Shown here in pieces: positions 58,965 through 64,000 of a DNA stretch of 64,000 bases. The translations under genes and the position numbers were made by a program. Position 1 is the stretch's first letter; every line of letters begins with the position of its first letter. Source of the DNA: Leucoraja erinacea (Eukaryota); assembly GCF_028641065.1 (NCBI RefSeq), contig NC_073379.1:111724001-111788000 (forward strand), in the 5' to 3' direction. The notes under the pieces were generated by a model. It worked only from the letters and a program-made list of their open reading frames with translations, was not told the origin of the DNA and ran no database searches.

Positions 58965-59180
58965 TGGACAATTTTACATTTTTATCAAGCCAATTAACCT
59001 ACAAACCTGTACGTCTTTGGAGTGTGGGAGGAAACCGAAGATCTCGGAGAAAACCCACACAGATCACGGGGAGAACGTACAAACTCCATACAGACTGCAC
59101 CCGTAGTCGGGATCGAACCCGGGACTCTGGCGCTGCATTTTGCTGTAAGGCAGCAACTCTACCGCTGTGCCACCGTGACC
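58965..59180 (-). mobile_element. HE1-like SINE (3'-truncated)
   Basis: Reverse complement of the head and V domain of 58330-58626. Confidence 0.88.
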
Positions 59181-59216
59181 ACCCCTATAGTGCTTTACCT
59201 TTCATTAAACGTTAAT

Positions 59217-59751
59217 CAATTTTGGTCGCCTAATTATAGGAAGGATGTCAACAAAATAGAGAGAGTACAGAGGAGATTTACTAGAATGTTGCCTGGGTTT
59301 CAACAACTAAGTTACAGAGAAAGGTTGAACAAGATAGGGCTTTATTCTTTGGAGCACAGAAGGTTAAGGGGGGACTTGATAGAGGTCTTTAAACTGATGA
59401 GAGGGATAGACAGAGTTGACGTGGATAAGCTTTTCCCATTGAGAGTAGGGAAGATTCAAACAAGAGGACATGACAAGAATTAAGGGACAGAAGTTTAGGG
59501 GTAACATGAGGGGGAACTTCTTTATTCAGAGAGTGGTAGCTGTGTGGAATGAGCTTCCAGTGGAGGTGGTGGAGGCAGGTTCGATTTTATCATTTAAAAA
59601 TAAATTGGATAGGTATATGGACGGGAAAGGAATGGAGGGTTATGGTCTGAGTGCAGGTAGATGGGACTAGGGGAGAATAAGTGTTCGGCACGGACTAGAA
59701 GGGCCGAGTTGGCCTGTTTCCGTGCTGTGATTGTTATATGGTTATATGGTT
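59217..59751 (+). mobile_element. CR1 3' fragment (ATATGGTT family)
   Basis: QFWSPNYRKDVNKIERVQRR...GRWD*; tail TATATGGTTATATGGTT. Confidence 0.95.
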
Positions 59752-61109
59752 ATTCCCTTATCACGTACACTGTAAGTGGCTCGATTGTACTTATGTATTG
59801 TCGTTCTGCTGACTGGATAACAGGCAACAACAGCTTTTCACTGTACCTTGATACATGACAATAAACTAAACTGAAACCAGTCCCAGCCGATCCAATCACT
59901 CCTTTTAACTCACGCTATTCACATGCTTCTAAAGCTTTGTGACCACAAGAGTGCACATGCAGACACACATGCACATAGAGACACTGGCAAACAGAGATTC
60001 ATACACACTGACACAGTCACTCACACATTGTGTGTGTGTGTGCGTGCAGACGTGTCTGTGTATCCATGTGTCTATCCCTGTGTCAATGTCCTGCTGTGAT
60101 CTTTCCATTCCCAGAATTAACAAACTGATCCCTCTTTTGGAAGTTGCCTGAGCAACATAATGAACTGGTGGGAGACGACCTCAACTGCCTTATGATGCAA
60201 GAATTCCCAAAAATGAAACTGAGCTCAAAGCCATTCTCTATCCAGATTAATAATTTAACTGCTTGCAAAGCTTTTGAGTGTCACCATTCACAATATTATT
60301 ACTATAGGGCTTTTCACAGCAGTACATTTCAATAGATCGGTGAGGAAATATATACATGCCATGGGGCAAATATCACCCTATGCCATGTTCCAACTCCAGC
60401 CCCCATTACCACTACTACTCACAGTGGCTTTACAAGATCCTAGTGCTAAACTTTTAACTATTGATTGAACTCAAATACAAAGCCTATCTTTGAACCGGTC
60501 AAAAGAACACTTAAAAGTGTTTTAAAAGTAGCGAGCAAGACAATGGATTCATTGCAAAGGTACAAAGGAACTTCGGAGACAGCAAGAAGCGAGTGAGCAC
60601 GAGGGCACATTGGAGACAGGGGATGGTGAAAAATGAGAAAGTGATAAGGGGACAGAGACATCAAGGTCTCTGACCATCGTGAGGGACTTCTAAAGGCAAT
60701 GAGGAACAAGAGTAGAAAGGCAGAGAGAATGATAAATGAACAAGATAGCTGTGAAGATAGAGATTGTTTTGACCCAATGGGATAAAAGAAGTGCAGGAGT
60801 GAAAAGATAAAGAAGCAACACACTAGTGGGAAGCATTGAAAGATCCAAGGGGCCTGAATTTTAAAATAGTGCTTTCAGCTACAGGTCAATGAAAACACGT
60901 TTAACTTGGAAATGGAAAACTGCAGAACAAAAGGAATTCTACTTGAACTGGGATAACAATATCAAGCATTCCCAGATTAATACATTTACAAGCTAATGTA
61001 CAAAATGAATTGTGCACCACTGCGAGTACTCTAAATAGATATGATTTTCAACTCAAAACTAGAAGAATGTCAGAGAAAGGGAAATTCATGAAGAATTAGA
61101 GGGGTATAA

Positions 61110-61370
61110 TGGCATAGCTGGTACTGCCTCACAGTCAGAGACCCAGCTTTGATCCAGACTGTCAGAGTGCATGTCCTCTCAGTGACCACATGGGATTCCT
61201 CCAAGTGCTCCTTTTCCCCCCACATTCCCAAAGACGTGCAAGTTTGTAGGTTAATTGGTCTCCGTAAATCACCCTTTGTATGTCGGGAGTGGATATGAAA
61301 GTGAGGTAATAGAACTAGTATGAACGGGAGACTGATGGTGGGTTGAAGGGCCTGTTTCCTTGCTGCATGA
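61110..61370 (+). mobile_element. Old HE1-like SINE
   Basis: Degenerate head and V-domain CCCACATTCCCAAAGACGTGCAAGTTTGTAGGTTAATTGG. Confidence 0.7.
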
Positions 61371-61766
61371 TGGCAATCGAGCCATTTACTTTTAGACTAA
61401 TTGTTCAATTAAAAATGATCTTCCTACTTCTATTCCGTGCCCATATGACAAAAGCAGATGGGTTATAATGTAGAATATATTAAAGCAATGAGTTCTTAAA
61501 ATAATCAATAACTGAAATATGGGAAACATTTGTGTTAATTAATAGCCAGGAAAATCAATCTGATTTATCACTGTTTTTTAATCCATATCACGTATGAAAA
61601 TCATTTTGCACATTTTTAAATGATTGGACTAATTGGAAAAATTTGACTTGGGTAATTCAGATTGTAATTGATGCAAGTGCAACTTTCATTTCCCCATTGC
61701 ATTTTGCACTCTTTGACATCAGCTTAGTTCAGTTTATTATTGTCACTTGTACCGAGGTACAGTGAA

Positions 61767-61812
61767 ACACACACGCACACACAAACACACACACACACAC
61801 ACACGCACACAC
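61767..61812. repeat. Imperfect (CA)n microsatellite within a Rex1-type 3' end (~61725-62010, minus)
   Basis: Direct inspection. Confidence 0.85.
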
Positions 61813-62127
61813 TAACGATAAAGAGTATAACATTTAGTGCAAGGTAAAGTTCAGTAAAGTTCGATTAACGATAGTTCAAAGGTCTCCAATGAGTTAGATG
61901 GGAGGTAAGGACCACACTCCAGCTGTTGAGATGATGGTTCACTTACCTGATAACTACGAGGAATAATCTGTCCCTTGTATCTGGAGGTATGTGTTTTCAA
62001 ACTTATGCATGAAGGCATAATGTACATTTCTAACTTAACAACAAAAATGGGATCAAAGTCACAACTTACAACCATCATTATTCACTACCTGTTATACGAA
62101 GAACTAATCATGCAGAAAATCAAGAAT

Positions 62128-62362
62128 CATAGACAATGGGCAATAGGTGCAGGAGCCCATTCGGCCCTGCAAGCCAGCCATTCAATGTGATCATGGCTGA
62201 TCATCCCCAATCAGTACCCCGTTCCTGCCTTCTCCCCATATCCCCTGACTCCGCTTCCTTAAGAGCCCTATCTAGCTCTCTCTTGAAAATATCCAGAGAA
62301 CCTGCCTCCACCGTCCTCTGAGACAGAGAATTCCACAGACTCACAACTCTCTGTGTAAAAAA
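62128..62362 (-). mobile_element. CR1 3' fragment
   Basis: Near-identical to 25678-25912. Confidence 0.9.
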
Positions 62363-62439
62363 GTAACAATTGCATTTTTAAGCCATAGTCATACAGCGTG
62401 GAAACAGGCCCTTCGGCCTGGCAGTTTTAGAAAATATAT

Positions 62440-63400
62440 GGCACAAGAGGGAGGGTAAGCAGCCAGAAGTTGTTGTACACATTGGTACCAATGACATAGG
62501 TTGGAAAATGGATGTGAAACAGCAAAGTTAATTTAGGGAGTTATGAAAGACGTTAAAAAGTAAGACCTCAAGAGTTGTACTCTAGATTACTCACAGTGCC
62601 ATGTGTCCGTGAGGGTACAAATAGAGACTGCCAGAATGTGTGGCTGAGGAGAAGGCGCATTGGGAAGGAATTCACAATTCTGGATCGTTTTTCGATCATA
62701 CGAGGGACAGGTTGCATTGAACTGGCAGGAGAACCAATAGCCTAGCGGAGAGAGATGCAAGTAATTTTCAGAAGAGTTTAAACTCGAGTGGCAGGGTGAT
62801 TAGAAAGTAAGTGGGAAGTTTAGGGATAATACTGTAGTCAATGAGTGTAAGATTAGCAGACAGGACATACAGGAGCATGGCAAATGAAGAGGAAAGACTG
62901 ATGATTTAAACTGCATGTATTTCAATACATGAGATTTAACAGATAAGGCGACAATATCAGGGCATGGATTGGCATAGAGATCTGGGATATTATAGACATA
63001 ACTGAAACATATAATATATAGAAACATGGCTAATAAAAAGCAGGATTAATAGTTCAATGTTCCAGGTTACAGATGCTACGGACATGATAAAGATACAGAG
63101 AAGAGAGGAGTGGAGTAAGATTGTATTTTTTGAAAGCACAACTAAAGTTCTTACAGAGGATATTTTTTGGATATTGTCAGGTGAGACTACCCTGGTAGAA
63201 TTTAGAAGCAGGAAGGAAATTATCACTTTGATGGGACTGTTTTAGAGGAGCAGATGTGCAGGGAGAATGCAGATAGATACCTGTAAAATAATAGGGCAGT
63301 ATTAGTTGAGAATTCAACTCCCCTAATATTGACGACATCTCCACTAACATTATTTAAAATGGGCAGCAAGGACAATCCAGGGAATTACAAGACTAATGAG
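62440..63400 (+). mobile_element. Heavily decayed CR1 5' region (esterase ORF1 + endonuclease)
   Basis: QPEVVVHIGTNDIG at ~62460, plus remnants of DRLHLN, IIDITET and FNSPNID collinear with 6923-7960. Confidence 0.8.
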
Positions 63401-63464
63401 CCTGACAAAGGGGTTCGGCCCTATTTCCTTCGCTCTTGGTTTCTTGGTCCTCCAAAATGGAATT

Positions 63465-64000
63465 TAAACTGGAGGTGGTGAAGGGAGGGCTAAAGCCAGA
63501 AAGGGTTATTGGGAAGAAAGAGCTACTTTAAATGTAGTTGCATCTGGTTGGGTAACTATAGTTGGGTGGAGATTATTCCATGCTTTAATTGTATAGTATA
63601 GTATAGTATATCTTTATTGTCATTTTCCTGAGTACTCACATACCCAGAGGAAACAAAAAAACGTTGCTCAACCAGTGTCCATTCAGTGTGCAGTAAAAAA
63701 TAAATAGAAATAAAAATACATATATCATGAACAAATTAAACACTCTACTCTCTACTAAATTGTGCGGGGGAAGAACGAATTGCTGTACACATCTGTCTTT
63801 GTAGCTGGGATCACAAATTGGATCGAATGCCCTCGTCTGCTCCTAATTGGTTTGGGTTTGGTGTCGGTCTGTAGTCTATGTCGAGCTGACCATTTAACAT
63901 TTTGTAAAAACAGGTCAAACGGTGAGCTTCACGTGTGTCTTGGAGAGGGTTCCACCCCAGAGAATTCAGAAGTTTGGTGACACTCGCTTCTCTCTCATAG
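63465..64000 (-). mobile_element. Divergent (invertebrate-type) CR1-group LINE C-terminus, split by a 165-bp Rex1-type tail (63593-63757, TSD AATTGT); runs off the window
   Basis: YEREASVTKLLNSLGWNPLQDTREAHRLTCFYKMLNGQLDI...RGHSIQF...YSNSFFPRTI|KAWNNL...TFKVAL. Confidence 0.8.

Overview
This is a repeat-dense, non-coding stretch of a vertebrate genome, read by eye; boundaries marked ~ are approximate. The repeats (HE1-like tRNA/V-SINEs, HER1-like CR1 LINEs with an esterase ORF1, abundant Penelope-like ends) point to an elasmobranch, probably a skate or ray (inference). I found no convincing host protein-coding exon: every recognisable ORF comes from a transposon. Main contents: a near-intact 3.5-kb CR1 (6923-10432) and many CR1 fragments; Rex1/Babar, L2, Crack-like, RTEX-like, HERO and invertebrate-type CR1 remnants; a Penelope-like GIY-YIG fragment; two hAT elements with exact 8-bp TSDs; five PIF/Harbinger-type MITEs with different interiors but the same TIR; and GC-rich non-autonomous retroelements with Rex1-type tails. 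The best leads are (1) about 20 Penelope terminal remnants, many with a minimal hammerhead-ribozyme core, six of them fold-back hairpins that all turn at that core, and (2) a HERO element whose N- and C-terminal coding ends are fused in frame with the RT deleted. Two segments look like assembly mosaics, there is a 214-N gap at 19471-19684, and several repeat-free, homeobox-motif-rich islands are candidate enhancers.
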